Shown piece after piece: positions 60,572-60,869 of a stretch of DNA of 60,869 nt. The position numbers and the translations under genes were made by a program. Below the pieces are notes generated by a model. That model was not told where the DNA came from and searched no databases. It worked only from the letters and a program-made list of their open reading frames with translations. Origin of the DNA: Saprospiraceae bacterium (GTDB taxonomy: Bacteria; Bacteroidota; Bacteroidia; Chitinophagales; Saprospiraceae); the NCBI GenBank assembly GCA_016787465.1, contig JAEUUR010000197.1, positions 1 to 60,869 on the forward strand. The letters are read 5' to 3'. Position 1 is the first letter of the stretch. Every line of letters begins with the position of its first letter.

Positions 60572-60869
60572 CTACGAGGAGCGACTTTTGTTTTTGTTCA
60601 GGTTTGTTTCTACCCGAAATTTGACAATTCTACGGATCAAATCGAAGGGAATTGGTTGATCCAGCGGGAATTGAACCGATCCTTTCCCTTGCTTGTAAGG
60701 AGCCAGTTCAGCCTTGAATGCCTCATGCCCGGTTGGCGTAGCGTAAAAGCCGATATGATGCTTGTAAGCAGCAAAGTAGACCAAGTTGCCATGCTGACTG
60801 TAGGTCGGCATTCCGTAACTTATGCGTTCAACTGCATCGGGAGCTGCTTCCTGAATTGTACGGCGAATT
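60572..60869 (-). CDS. DUF1801 (YdhG-like) domain protein, C-terminal part (gene continues past the right window edge)
   Basis: The frame stays open upstream of the track Met to the window end (IRRTIQEAAPDAVERISYGMPTYSQHGNLVYFAAYKHHIGFY), which is a typical DUF1801 core. Confidence 0.75.
   Translation of the reverse strand, partial: IRRTIQEAAPDAVERISYGMPTYSQHGNLVYFAAYKHHIGFYATPTGHEAFKAELAPYKQGKGSVQFPLDQPIPFDLIRRIVKFRVETNLNKNKSRSS

Overview
This 60.9-kb chromosomal segment comes from a Bacteroidota genome. Three things support that: two proteins with T9SS C-terminal sorting domains, 17 TAnnTTTG '-7' promoter boxes correctly placed upstream of genes, and Bacteroidota-style atpBEFHAG and murF/ddl-less dcw clusters. 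The content is overwhelmingly housekeeping. It includes 2 tRNA-Ser, dgkA and the F0F1 ATP synthase operon (atpB-E-F-H-A-G). A plus-strand block follows with a DASS transporter, a flippase, a GT-C-like protein, lipB, msrB and an acyl-CoA carboxyltransferase. Next are ftsE, sucC and the complete dcw cluster (mraZ-rsmH-ftsL-ftsI-murE-mraY-murD-ftsW-murG-[GT4]-murC-ftsQ-[T9SS beta-propeller]-ftsA-ftsZ). The remainder holds pyrG, recN, recQ, aroK, tRNA-His, trmD, rocD, an M19 dipeptidase, a SCO1 protein and VOC/SRPBCC/DUF1801 stress-type proteins. I see no transposase, integrase, phage gene, CRISPR array or recognisable defence or toxin-antitoxin module. I cannot point to a clear-cut novel multi-gene system. 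The best second-look items are: (1) a dispersed heptamer-repeat element, (AATGATG)4 plus variable inverted (CATCATT)n, at three loci, always in register with the stop codon of the upstream gene; (2) two lineage-specific genes wedged tightly into the dcw operon; (3) a 730-bp non-coding region upstream of mraZ with a 37-bp inverted repeat and two oppositely oriented arrays of 10-bp-phased AAAGTGG-type boxes (MraZ-operator-like); (4) an orphan module made of a CXXCH lipoprotein diverging from small protein / polytopic membrane protein / sensor-less histidine kinase / LuxR-type regulator; (5) a 25/50-bp tandem repeat in the recN-recQ divergent control region; (6) an orphan CXXXY-type CcmE. All functional calls come from reading the translations and motifs by eye. 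No database search was run.
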